A stretch of 61,666 nucleotides of DNA, counting the filler, from Jimgerdemannia flammicorona (taxonomy: Eukaryota): assembly GCA_003990765.1 (NCBI GenBank). It is 3 parts of 3 records of this genome, joined end to end, with 100 filler letters (N's around TTAATTAATTAA, not from the genome) between each part and the next. Parts side by side here need not be neighbours in the genome. Positions count along the whole stretch, not along the records: positions 20,601 to 41,086 come from RBNJ01001670.1; positions 41,187 to 61,666 come from RBNJ01001671.1; 1 more part is not named here. The stretch is one strand, 5' to 3'. Both the position numbers and the translations under genes were made by a program. Shown here piece after piece: positions 38,400 to 51,241 of this stretch. The notes beneath the pieces are model-generated. The model did no database searches. It saw nothing but the letters and a program-made list of their open reading frames with translations, and was not told where the DNA came from. Within the stretch, counting starts at the first letter, position 1; every line of letters starts with the position of its first letter.

Positions 38400-40055
38400 A
38401 TATTGCAGCACTGACTATCTAGCTAGCCACACTAGCAGAGATAGTAGGATGAATTGCTGAATAGAACAAACCAACCAAGGTCTTGCGAATTTCTATATAT
38501 AGTAGAAAAAACAGCAATATCAAAACCTTCATCAATGTAGTTAATATAGATTACTGAGCAAATCAATGGAATGATAACTAAGTATCTATAGAAATACTCA
38601 CTAATAACTAGAATAATACCCTTCAACAGTTATTTGCCACAGTAGTAGCATAAGTAGAAACAGTGGCTACATTCTTTACTAAAATAGTAGCCAAGTTCTG
38701 GCATATCTTAGAATAATACCTAGTAACCTAGAAAGTCTGCCCTCATTGCAGACCAAGTATCTGACAATAACAGACCAGAATGGGATGACTATGAAGCAGG
38801 CTCAGGACTTAAGGCTCTATTACTGACTAAATTCCAAAATATAGCCTATATATAAGAAACTTGAAACAAACTGGTCCAGATAAAGTTCTATAAGAATGAC
38901 AAGAAGGATCTAGAAACCTTTACTACCAGGATAGATATATACCTCTAAACCATTGAACTTACCTACCAGAAAAACAATTTGGCCATCAATGGTATCAGAG
39001 CCAATCATATCTTTACAGCCCTATCAGACTGGTTCACTCAGAAGATTAAGGAATAAGACCTTCCCCAAAGATGTCTCTACTACTCATAGTACTTTGCTCA
39101 AGTATAAAGAAGAGCTTGTGAAATCCTTACTGCATAGGCCCTATGAAATCTAGAATACAAGAAAGATAACTAAGATAGAAAGTATCTCACTAGAAAGAAT
39201 GATCAAAGAAATAATCAAAGAAATAATCAAAGGAATCAGCAAAACCCCAGAGGACCAAGACCTCCTACTGAGGATGAAAAGAAGTAGCTCTATGAAAAAG
39301 GAATTATACTTCATTTACAGGAAGATAGGATATATCTCAGTCAGATATCTTAAAAAGAGAAATAGATCAAGTGAATCTAGTAATCAAAACATCACTGTCA
39401 TCAGAGAACTAGAAAAGAAGAACTCTGAGAATATTATCAAAGTACAGAAGATATGGTGTAAGGCTACTATCTCTACTAAGGCCCATTCCACTGATGCTAG
39501 GTATAACCTCTACAGTAGCCAAGACCTCACTATTTTACCAAGTATCAATACTATAGTATGAACTGAGATTGCAATACAAGCTCCCAAAGGTCTATATATC
39601 TACCTTGCCAAGCAAAGTAATCTGGCTAAAGAATTCAATATTGAGCTAGAAGAAGGAGTAGTTGACCAAAGATTTACTGGTGAAATCTATATCATCTTGT
39701 AAAATTTTGAAGATATCTCATTTGAAGTCAAAGCAGACCAAAGAATTACTCAAGTAATTATTGAAGAAATCTGTCAAAATCTCACTATTGAAGAAGTCAC
39801 TAAGCTCTCTCAGACAGACTATAGTAAGAAAGAGTTTAGATCAACCAACAAACCTCTCAGTCAAAAGATTACCACTATGAAGGAAGATGATGAAAACTGG
39901 TATAAGAGAATTGTAGATGGTTATGCACTATGTGAATGATACCCTTATTCTATCTGAATGTACTGTATGGAATATATTAATGAATATCATGCATGCCTTT
40001 TCAAAGTTTTCAAAATCCAATCTAAGAAATACCAACAGACTGAGGAATCTAAACA
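38400..40055 (+). mobile_element. Degenerate Ty3/Gypsy fragment, family E: gag, knuckle, dUTPase, Cys/His module
   Basis: Gag-like frames; decayed knuckle YFIYRKIGYISVRY ~39308; dUTPase 39435-39850. Confidence 0.7.
39435..39850 (+). pseudogene. Retroelement dUTPase (family E), directly after the gag knuckle
   Basis: STKAHSTDARYNLYS...EGVVDQRFTGEI...DQRITQ...EFRST, recognisable decayed dUTPase motifs. Confidence 0.8.
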
Positions 40056-41086
40056 AATAATGAGGGGAGGGAGATGGGTACCACTGATACAGAAGGTGTA
40101 GGAGATGAGATTTTCTCCACATAGGTCCTCAGGAGATTTACTATCTCTGGTGGATCTGGGTGGGAGCTGATAGCTATGGTATAAAGGCTTCTGGTGGGGG
40201 GTGGTAGATGGAGTACACTATATAGACCTGCACTGGCATAGTAATGAGGGAGAGATGCTGTAGAGACCAGCTATGTAGAGATGGAACAGACTGCTTTTGG
40301 GGGGTGCTCTACTTGCTGAGTTTGATATTAGTGATAGAGTGGAGTATCAGCAGAGTCTTGGTCAGAATCTTTGGCTAAGTAGTTGATAGACAGTAAGAAT
40401 TGCCAAGGAATGGGACTAGGCAGGAGTCTGATCATAGAGTACTGAGGTGTGGAGATGGCTTCCTCCCAAGTTCTGGGTAGTATGGTGGTAGATGTTGCAG
40501 AGAAATATCATGTTGAATTTCCATGCTAGACATCTGGTGGATAGTGGACAATTAGAATGTGAGAAGTGTTATAATGTAGGATAAGTTGAGGGATTTGTAC
40601 AGATACCAGAATATTGGCTGAGAGAGTGTGAGGTTCTGGGGGACTTTGAATAGTAGTGAGAGACCAGCTGGGTGTGGAGAGAAGGCCAGATGGGGAGAGA
40701 GATTACTGGGAGGATTTGAAATCTAGATTGGTAGGTAGTATGGGCAATGAATGACTCACTGTAGGGTGGATTTTAGCTATATGGGTAAGGCTAGCTGAAC
40801 ATTAGTTCTTTGACTTTGAGGAGGGGTAATAGTTGGATTTATAAAAGAAGTTATTAAGATGGGAGGGATTGATGGGGGATTTGCTGATAGGGTGGTGAGT
40901 TGGATGGGGTCTCCAGGGTGAGTGCCATTGCCACCTGGTAGAAGGGATCTGTGAACAGAGTGGTGGGCAGGTAGTGGTAATTAATGACCTTGTGGTCTTT
41001 AATTAGGAGAATATGGGGGGGGGAGAGGAGGCCTCTAGGGAGATTGGATAGGGGTGGGCTCAGTGTATTATATATGGGATAGACAG
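40056..41086 (+). mobile_element. 5'-truncated LINE 3' region, same family as 1-800
   Basis: Nucleotide-level match to the reverse complement of 1-750, with more G>A/C>T changes. Confidence 0.85.
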
Positions 41087-41186
41087 NNNNNNNNNNNNNN
41101 NNNNNNNNNNNNNNNNNNNNNNNNNNNNNNTTAATTAATTAANNNNNNNNNNNNNNNNNNNNNNNNNNNNNNNNNNNNNNNNNNNN
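41087..41186. other. Assembly gap with artificial spacer
   Basis: N run with TTAATTAATTAA. Confidence 0.97.
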
Positions 41187-42493
41187 AAAAAAAAAAAAAG
41201 AGAAAGAAAGGCTTTTAAAATAACTATTAGAACTGTGAAAGAAAAAGAATTACCTTTTGATAGATAAAGAAATAAAAGATAGTAATTTTAAATCAAATAA
41301 CTAAAAGAGTAATAAACTATAACTATTTGTTTATGAGCCATTTCTAGTCTCTGATAGCTTATAGTTTTCAGTCTCAAGAAACTAATGATATCTCTCTCTC
41401 TACTTATATAGTAAGATTATAGATGTATAAATAATATTTAAAATTTTCTCTGATATCTGAGATAGAAAAATTTATATAATTACTAACTATCTAGCTCTTA
41501 ATAATCTCTTTCTGAAACCTATAGATAATATCAAAACAGATATTATTATCTATATTATAAATGACAACTATATATTAAAAAAGAATAATAATTATAAAAA
41601 ACTATATAAAAAGATAAGTTATATTTATAAATATTTTCACATTTAAATTTTTACAAATACTAAGACCTCAGACTAATATTCATTATATTTATATATAGCT
41701 TAAACACCAGCTATCACTTATCTATGAATATATGAAAAAATAAGTAATTAAGTATTTAAACTCATTTTCTCTAAGGTTAAGTTCTCTGAGACTAATTTTA
41801 AGGATAAGTATGTTGAATGGCAAAAATCAGTACAATATCTTAGAAAGAATAACAGATTCATTTATATATAGAAGAGTAAGAAACTAGTTCAATCATTTAA
41901 GTCTAAGATCTTTATATGAGTGCTAAATATATTTTTTGCAAGACTGAAGTCATGCTTTCCTCATATTCTATAAAGATACATATATGATAATTTCTCATTC
42001 TATACTAGCCCTTACATATGTTCTGATAAGTTTTTCAGATAGAGAAATATCAGTAAAAAACTATAGTAATCTTTGAAATATTCTAATATCTGTTACTAAA
42101 TTATATTTCTATCAGGTGGAATTTTTACTGATACTAGATAAATTACCATTAAAGTTCCTGGAGTCTGTATATACTCCAAAATACAAAAAATAGCGAATGA
42201 AGATTGTGAAGATAGAGGAGTATTTAAACTATGAGAATCTTATAACAAAAGTCATAAGTACTGTTAGTCATTCTAAGAACTTCAATCAGACTACCAATAT
42301 TGATGTAGAAAGTGTTAATACTCTCAAACTGATAATTGATCTTACTAATAAAGATGTGTACTAATGTATAATATTTCTGAGATAGATATATATTAATATA
42401 TAATGTTTCTAAGATAGTATATACTAATTCTATAATAAATTATACTCAGATAGAGTATTTCTATGAAGATGTTATTGGAACAATTATCTTTGT

Positions 42494-42917
42494 TAGTGCT
42501 CCCAATGAATTAAATCAAATCGAATTTGGCCCAAACTTGATTCGATTCAATTGAATCAAGGGTCCAATTCGATTCAATTTGAATTGAATCAAAGGTCCAA
42601 TTCGATTCGAAGTTCAATTCAAACCTTAATTTTCAAAATGTAATAACTCGATGAAAGCTCATCCAAATTTAACATATTTTAGCTTGTTAGATTCACCATA
42701 TTAATGTGATTCTAACAAGCTAAAGTACATTAGATTTGGATGAGTTTACGCTGAGTTATTGCATTTTGAAAATTAGGGTTCAAATCAGACCCTCAATTCA
42801 ATTCGACTTTTGATTCAATTCAAATTGATGCAAATTGAAAAATCCCCAATTCGATTCGACTCGTTTAACCCTCAATTCGATTCGATTTGAATTGATTTGA
42901 CTTGTTTGAGAGCACTA
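42494..42917. mobile_element. hAT-type MITE with internal ~150-bp palindrome
   Basis: TIR TAGTGCTC/GAGCACTA; perfect 8-bp TSD ATCTTTGT; subterminal TTCGATTC repeats; palindrome at 42627-42776. Confidence 0.88.
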
Positions 42918-44054
42918 ATCTTTGTAGAAGAAGTTGTATAATATCTGAGTATTTTCTTATTAGTATATAGATTTATTTTACCCAGAGATTGATAGGAGAG
43001 AAAGATTGATATTTGGAGGAAAGCTCTTTAGCATTAGAGGGGATGTTATATCTCTCTAATAGGTGGGTATTGATACTTAATATTTACTAATTACTGAAGT
43101 TGTAGTATTTGACATATTACTTAGATTTTCTAGTCTATATAATGAAGATATTATTAAAGATAGTTAAGAACTAGATCTGAACTAAAAGATAAGATCAGAT
43201 AGATTGAGAGATATTAGCAATATGTACCAGTAAATAGAGAAGATCTTAGTTTGGCAAAATTTTCTATAAAACTATATTATCTGAGAACTTGGTGGTTGAG
43301 AAGAACACTTGAACTAAGGAGAGATAGATGAGTACTACTGATACAATAATAATATTAAATTAGAATCTATTTTAAATTATTTAAATTATATAAATAAATA
43401 AAAATAAAATAAAAATAAATATTATTATATCTAAAATATTATTTAAAATAATAAACTAGTATATATTTATTAGATGAATTATTAAATTATTAAATATTCA
43501 TTATTAAAAAATAAAAATATAAATTATTTTAGATTATAATATATTATTAATTTTAACAAATCATATAATTAGAAATGCAACAGATTTCCTTTCAAAAAAC
43601 TTGTTTCCGTCCGTGAGTCAGCTAGCCCAGACACCGTGATTGCTAACAGTAGTCATGTGGTTGTCGGTTCACGGCCCCGCGGAATCGCTTGTTTAGGAAC
43701 ATCCGAGAAAAAAAAAAAAAAAAAAAAAAAAAAGGATACCGTGCACGAAAACCCTGTCTTTCTCGGCACGGGTTCACGTTGGCGCCGGCGGAATCTCTTG
43801 TTTAGGGAACATCCGAAAATTATTTTACCACGCAAACTCAGCCTCATTACACAATAGAGAGGTCACAAGCGTTGCGAATGGGTGATAGATGTTGGTTGGT
43901 TCGTTTGAACTTCGCCACTCGAGGTAGAAACACAAAATAAGAAAGAAGCATCGCATACGCTTTCCCCTGATAAAATTTATTTTTTCCGTACGCTCAAAGT
44001 TAAAAAAGTTATACACCATAGTCAGTACATGACAAAAAAAATATGGTTTGAGAT

Positions 44055-44753
44055 CTAGGACCGCCTTCCTTTATGGTCGACCCAGCAAAGCCTGCCGAAG
44101 TGTTTACAACGAGCGCAGGGTGCACCTTGACACCCTTTCTTATCCAACCTACATCCAACGCACACCTTTCCCGGAGGGTTCCGTTTTTTTTTGCTAACGG
44201 TAGCGTGAACGCGACATCTTCTCTTTCTCCTCGAACAGTCTGGGCATGCCTTGTACGGAGGAAGCTTGGGTATGAGTGTGGTTTTGGTAGACGTCTGCGT
44301 GACGACATTTGTACTGGCAGGATATGGGGAAGAGGGCGGACTGGCAGGGAGATGCGGCCCTGCCTTCAGCGTTGTTTGATTCATTGCGTCGCCATTTGGG
44401 AAGTTGCCGGTGTAGGCCTCCTGGTTGCAGCGAAATTGTGGGCGGCTTTGCCAGCTTCGGTCAATTGAATAGTTGTCGATGTAGTAGGGAGTAGGTCCGC
44501 TGGTTGAAACGCCGTTTGACATTAACCCGTCATGAAACGCCGACTTGAGATGATCTTGAAGGGCATCCAAGTCGACTTTTGGGCACATCGAATATCGTAA
44601 GGGTTGGGAATAAGGAGGCATGCTGAGGTTGGAAGTTGCGAGAGGATAGTAGGCCTTGGAAGAATGGGTCGGAATTTTGCGGAAGTTCCGTTTATAAAAA
44701 TAGGATTTAAACTTTTTACATGGGTTGTTGAATGACCTAGCAATCATCGGCAT
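44055..44753 (-). CDS. Zn(II)2Cys6 cluster protein (putative transcription factor); start codon uncertain
   Basis: C-terminal CVGCRLDKKGCQGAPCARCKHFGRLC, preceded by a half cluster CPDCSRRKRRC. Confidence 0.7.
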   Translation of the reverse strand: MPMIARSFNNPCKKFKSYFYKRNFRKIPTHSSKAYYPLATSNLSMPPYSQPLRYSMCPKVDLDALQDHLKSAFHDGLMSNGVSTSGPTPYYIDNYSIDRSWQSRPQFRCNQEAYTGNFPNGDAMNQTTLKAGPHLPASPPSSPYPASTNVVTQTSTKTTLIPKLPPYKACPDCSRRKRRCRVHATVSKKKRNPPGKVCVGCRLDKKGCQGAPCARCKHFGRLCWVDHKGRRS

Positions 44754-45818
44754 GTGGATAAATTAGGGAAAAAAGCGGAAGGAAGTGAGTGCGTAAACTC
44801 TAACGGTGCCAATGCCCAGATCGTTGGAACACATGACCAAAAACTGCGCAGATTAACCTTAAACATTGTCATTCAGGCCATTCCGCGTCAATCAGCCACC
44901 CGAACCGATCCGGAATGCCAAAGCGACCAGCTTGGTCGCCATGACGCCATCGTCGCCACCGCTGCCACCGCTGTCAACGTCACCACCGTTGCCACCGCTG
45001 TCGACGTCACCACCATGCAATCAGTCATCCTTGGGAGAGACGACGTGAATTTGTATGCTATATATGAAAATCAAGCGATGCGTCAGTGTATATATAACGG
45101 AGCTCACCTCAACTAACCTGAATGTAAAGCAGATAACATTTGGGAAGAAAAGGTGGGCCATCCGTATATACCATACGTGAAATTGTATGATAAGATAAGG
45201 GAGAAAACAAATTAAGAAGGTGAAGCCAGCAAGGCGGGGACGCAAGGCTAGATAATGGCGCAAGGCAAGGAAGCATATAGTACATGGAAAGGTACCCGTA
45301 AGCTATGGTGCATGGGAAAATACCATTGCCGCGTTAGGCGCCTGAAACTGGTGTATACCATAGTAAGACACCCACGCAATGACAAATATTGACACGTGAT
45401 CGCGCAAGATGTCATGAATGACTTGATAGAATTTACAAAAACTATATAATACAAGTGTGAACGGGTTTATCGATAATTTTCATCATTGATAAATTAAAAT
45501 TTCGCTTATTCTGATTGTTTGATTGACATTGGCTCTAAGTTAGCTTTATATATATATATATAACAGTTGATTGTGCTGGTCGACACTTCAGGCAAAGGGC
45601 TAAAATGTTAATTGAATATAAACCCACAAATGAGAATATTGTAATGTTCGCATGACATGTGAAGAGGAAAATGCATATGACTTCTCTCATTCCCGCCTCA
45701 CATATCTCAGTTCGCTTTATATTTAAGTTTACACGAAATATAAAATAAAATTGAATTTTTATAAGTAACTTGTTATAAATCATAATATATATACATAGCA
45801 ATGCAAATTTACATGTTA

Positions 45819-47830
45819 TTAATACGAAGTAAGGGATGTGAACTCATTCTCCCGCACGACTATCACCAGTGGCATCCCTGTGACAAGCCACTTGCGCTCG
45901 AACTCCCTGTAATTGCGGTTCCCGCCCCAGATGGGGTCCCAGGGGTCATCCCAGCCCAATTGCTCATCGGTGGCAATGCCTTTGTTGAGGTCGTTGATGA
46001 ACCACTCGTCCGCGTGACAGACGACCAAACTGCGCAACGAGGGTAGCCAGAGCGCCAGTTGGAACAAGAGCGATGAGTCGTAGGTACTCATATCGTAGCA
46101 TTTGAAGGTCTCCAGGTGGCGCAGGTTGGAGATGAGGTATAGGGACTGGCAGTTGAGAGGAACTCGGTGTCAGGAGTAAAGTACGTTCGGGGGCTTGTCC
46201 AATAGAACAAATACCAATAAAAGAAATCTGACATTACCTCGCGGGGCACATCCGTGATGGTCCCTAACTCTAACACTTCTAACCACGGGCACCCCCCGCA
46301 CACAGCGGCCCATCCCTCTGCGCCAAGCTCATCGCAAACAAATGACAACTTCTTAAGCCTGTTCCCTGACAACTCTCTCAACGGCGCGTCGGACAGCCGG
46401 CAATATTGCAGATGTAGCTGCCTCAGCCCCTTGCTTGCCTTCACAGCCCTCACGAGCGCCTCCTCAGACACTTCCATTTTCTCGATCCTCAGCTCGACAA
46501 TTCTCCCAGCACAATGCTCCGCGATGGCGTCGAGCGCGGCGCCCATGAATGAGCACTCGGATAGATGCAACACCTCAATTCCCGTACACCTCTCTAGTAC
46601 TTGGGCCAGCGCCGCGTCACCATTCGCACCGGCAAACCAGCGCTCGAGCCTGAGTTTGCGCAGGCCCTGGAAGCACATGTCGACGATCCCGCGCAACGAC
46701 CGTTCCGTGACGTTGGGACCCCAGAATCGCAGCTCGAGGTCTCTCAGCCGTCCACCGCCCGTGCTTCCGTACGTCCCCAACGCCGTCAACAGTTCCTCGT
46801 CCGTCGACTCTTCTCCCAGGTTCAAACACAGCCGGTGAATCCGGCTTCCCTCCAGTACCAAACGCTCATCATCCTCCAGCCACCGCAGCGTTCCATTTCG
46901 GGACTCCTTCCTGGCCTCCTCAGTCTCTATTCGCGCCTCCTTAGTGGCACGGAGGCTGCCCTCAACCATGACCATGATGTCGTTCCTGCCTACGGCAATT
47001 CCGCTTCCGAAATCGACCTCCTCGAGCGTAGGGCATCGCATGATCTCGTGAACGACGTTACCGGACGTGGCGCCGACGTGCCGACACCGCAGACCTTTCA
47101 ACCGGCTGCTCCGGACGGCGGCGAGCGAGATTCCTGTGATACGAGTACATCCGAGGATGTTGAGGTAAGCGAGATTCGGGCATGAGATCAGGATGTGTGC
47201 CATTACGGCGTCGGTGCACCAGGAAGTGGAGTCCTCGACGTGCAGGTTCTCGAGCTCACGCATATAAGTGAAGGCTGTCAGGGCGCCGATCTCCGTCAGC
47301 GGGTTGTGCTTGAGCCAGAGACGACAGAGGGACGGGCAACGCGTGGCAAGGTGGATGAGGAGGTCGTCATTAAGGAGGTAACAGCGTCGGAGGTCGATGA
47401 AGCGGAGGACAGGGAGGTGGGAGAATGCGAGGAAAAGAGAAGAGGGGTTCAAGGTGGAGAGGGTGATTAGGTAGCCGATGTCTAGATCGTGGACGTAGGT
47501 GGCGTAGGGGCGAAGGGTAGTGGGCGTTGTTTGGAGGTTAGGCTGAGACTGTGCGAGAACGGAGGCGAAGAGGGTGAAATGGCGGTGCTTGTAGATGCGC
47601 GGGTGGCGCCAGAGGATAGCGATGGTTGTGGTGAAAAAGGAGCGGGAGACGAGAGTGCAGGCGTAGATGTGGTGCTGACAGGTCAAATTTGAGAAGATCT
47701 CGGTAAGGATGAGGAGATTGGATAGGGCGTTGGAGACGGGTGTGTCGGAGTGGTGTAGCATTGCGAAGGAAGGAAGGGATGTAGTTGGGTCTGTTTGTCG
47801 GTGGCAAAACGTTGATTCCAAGTCACACAT
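45819..47830 (-). CDS. F-box / leucine-rich repeat protein, 2 exons (intron 46146-46237)
   Basis: F-box-like ILTEIFSNL...CTLVSRSF...ILW followed by cysteine-containing LRRs. A GTAATG...CTGAC...CAG intron joins ORF 46088-47830 in frame to ORF 45819-46091. Alternative start at 47761. Confidence 0.88.
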
Positions 47831-48202
47831 TCACATGACATACTGTGACATCGCAAAAAATTGTTGACATCATCGACTGTGGCGTCCAATTTGCGGTTGG
47901 TGTAGCGTAATAAACGAAGATGCGATCGAAGTCATTTCCAACATGTATTTGATTATTATTATCATCATTATGGGATAGTAAAAAACACATCGTTAGGGGT
48001 CCTTTCTGGTATGGTAACATTTCCAAAATATATTGTAGCAGACTAATTTGGCTCGGATACTCTATAAACTGTGTGACGTCATCCAGTCCAGAATTAAGAA
48101 GTGACGTCATCTTGCATTTCGAATTTAGCCATAAGTCGCTGCACCACCAGTCAACGTATCTTGAATCCACAACCCAAACAAAGTCAAAATCAAACACTAA
48201 AC

Positions 48203-49698
48203 ATGGATATGCAACCCAACAGTGGTCTTAGCCTCAAGGATGACATCGCCTCCATATGGACAGACACCACCTATCACGACGTAACCATCGTCTGCGCGGA
48301 TGGCGTCGAACTTGGTGCTTGCCGTGCTGTGCTGGCTGCAAGGTGTGTTCCATCGTTTCTTGATAGTGTTTAATATTTGGGTATATCTGTCTCATACTGA
48401 CTGCGGTCATACGGTCTCATAGGTGTCCCGTATTTAAGGCAATGCTGTATGGAAACATGCAAGAGAGCGCCCAACGAGTCGTTCTCCAAGACATCAACTC
48501 TGCAACTCTCACTGTTGTCCTCGGCTTCATCTACACTGAATCGATCGACGACACCACCATCACCATCGCGGTGGACCTCTATCGCGCAGCGAGCTTCTTT
48601 CTCCTTCCAAAGCTCATGGCAATGGTGCTGGAGCGTGTCCAGGACATTTCCGATTTTAGCGACTCCTCGTCCTTACTCAATGGGGCTGCCGCCTCCATCC
48701 CATGGAGTGATGCTAGCAAGGACCTCTATGCCGTTCTCCTCAGACCCTTCTACGCTCGCAATATCGCCATAGGAGGGTTGACAGACCTCTCCGAAGAGGC
48801 TATCCACTTGGTCTTCACTGCACCCTACGCGACCAACTTCGTCACTTCCGAATACGACCTGCTTGTGGAGATCGTTAACTGGGTCTGGGCGCACGCCGAG
48901 GAGCCGCGGCCCGACGTTGCCGAACGTCATGACGTCTTGCGCGCTGTTGCCAGTATGGCTCCGGGATGCGAAGGAAAAATTAGGCTGGGAAATGGCTCGT
49001 TGCTGCTGAACATGATGAAGTATGTGGACCTCACCCTTGTGTGCCCGCATCGCTTGAAGAGCCTCACGGAGGCAGTCGATGGGTTGGCGGAGACGTCTCC
49101 GCACTACATGGCATTTTGTCACCATGCATGCAAGAACACCGTGTGTCCAACGGGGCACCCGTCCGGGTATCGCGGAAGACAAGATCAGTGGGATAAATCG
49201 AATGTCGGTTCGCTGGTTGTCGTCTCGGACGACTGCAAGGTCGTGGAGCTTTCTGTTGGGGCGCCGGCGACCACGTATCAGACGGCGAGGATATCTGTCC
49301 CCGAGACGATAACGCAGGACGGGGTGTGTGAATGGGACATTGTCGTTGAATCCGTTGGAATGTATGACGGGTCTGGTCGTTTCTGCAATATCGGGTTGGT
49401 GGGGGAGGAATTCACTGCTTTTGATGGCAATATGTATGGACGGTCATCGACGTGGGTATTCTACTCATGGAGTGACCGAAATCCGAAAGTAACTAGGTCG
49501 AGTGGCGACTGCGACTTTGGCGTCCATCTTCGGAACGGCGATGTAGTGACTTTCCACCTAGATAACAGCAACCATTCTTGCGCCATTTCCATCAATGGCA
49601 TTAACCATGGGATTGCATGGACTGGCCTTCCGGAGAAAGTGTACCCTGCCGCGACTTTGGGCTCTCAAGCCAAGTATCGGATAAAAAATCGTTTTTAA
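48203..49698 (+). CDS. BTB/POZ protein with C-terminal SPRY/B30.2-like domain, 2 exons (intron 48343-48422)
   Basis: YHDVTIVC...RAVLAAR|CPVFKAMLYGNMQES...LGFIYT; C-terminal GDVVTFHLD...INGINHGIAW...VYPAATL; the GT-AG intron restores the frame. Confidence 0.92.
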
Positions 49699-50214
49699 TT
49701 ACTGCCTAGTAAATTCAAACACTCTTTATTCATTTCTTATATTATTGATGGATTAGTGGGTATATATCTTTCAGGCATCTGCTAGTCATTTTTACGTATT
49801 TTTCTATTATTTATTTTATTTTATTTTACTTTTTGTTTGTTTTTTGTCTAAATATTATTCTAGTTCTGATTGTGTTGCTCGCTTTAACTTCGGCAATTTT
49901 TTTTTCAGTGATAATGCTTAAAAGGACTTTCAGTACGACCAACGTCGCGCACAAAAATACTTTTATAACAAGAATTTGCATTATTATATTCATCTGATAG
50001 TAGCCGCTGCAGTTGGTTGCAGCAAACGTGAACAATCGATTTTGTAAATTGACGTCACAGCATCAATCGCGAAAAACGAGAACACGACATCCGCCACTCA
50101 ATTATAGCATTATTTCGAAACTCCCATAGGCTACCACGTGACGTCCACCCCCACGCTGAAAAAGAATCAATGAAGTAAGACTACAACTAAAGCTAATTTA
50201 TTTATAAATGAGTC

Positions 50215-51005
50215 GGAGGATGGATAGCAGGTGACGGAGGTTGGATGACGGACGACAGATAACGATGGACGACAGATGATGATGGACGATGGATGATGAA
50301 CGATGGATGATGGACAATGGTGGATGATGGATGGACGATGGATAATGGATGGACGATGGATAATGGATGGACGATGGATAATGGGTGGATGATGGACGAT
50401 GGATGATGGACGATGGATAATGGACGATGGGTAATAGACGATGGATAATGGGTGATGGACGATGGATGATGGACGATGGATAATGGACGATGGGTAATGG
50501 ACGATGGGTAATGGACGATGGATAATGGGTGATGGACGATAGACGACAAACGATAGATGACGGACGGACATGGATACGATGGATGACGGATGACGGATGA
50601 CGGACGACGGACATGGATACGATGGATGACGGATGACGGATGACGGACGACGGACATGGATACGATGGATGACGGATGACGGATGACTGATGACTAAGCG
50701 CAGAACGATGAATGACGACTAAGCACAGAACGTCAATTAACGATGACTAAGTACCGAACGGAGATGAACGTCTAAGCTTAGAACAACAACGACTAAGCGC
50801 AGAATGATGACATCGACTAAACGCAGAACAGCGATAAATGACGACCAGGCACAGAATGACGATGAACGTTGACCAAGCGCAGAATGACGATAAACGATGA
50901 CTAAACCCAGAACAGCGCAGAATTGTGACGACTAAGCGCATAACGACCAAGCCCAGAACGATGATGAACGACGACGACGAAGCACAGAACGATGACGGAC
51001 GACTA
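50215..51005. repeat. Compound micro/minisatellite (GATGGAC-type, grading into GACTAAGCGCAGAAC units)
   Basis: Directly visible tandem units; it generates spurious low-complexity ORFs. Confidence 0.9.
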
Positions 51006-51241
51006 AACTAAGAAACACCATTAACACGAATGTGCGAACGGTCTTTGCAGGGCGAAAATGGAATAAAACGCAGAAATGGCAAAAATGCAGTTTGGCTTGT
51101 CCATGCTGTGAATGAGACAAGATAGTTTTGGCAAAATTCTGTGCTGGATTTCAGAATAAATTTAATAATTGTCTGCCTAAATGCAATCAAAATATTTTAA
51201 CAAAAATGCAAAATCAGTCAGATAGAAATATATATATATAT

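Noticed and set aside
41200..43330. Degenerate coding-like region, possibly a DNA transposase
   Set aside because: Too mutated to recognise any motif by eye.
46254..47692. Plus-strand ORFs overlapping the F-box gene
   Set aside because: Shadow frames of a GC-rich CDS with no domain features.
50167..50657. Three overlapping His/Pro/Ser-rich ORFs
   Set aside because: Artefacts of the GATGGAC satellite.
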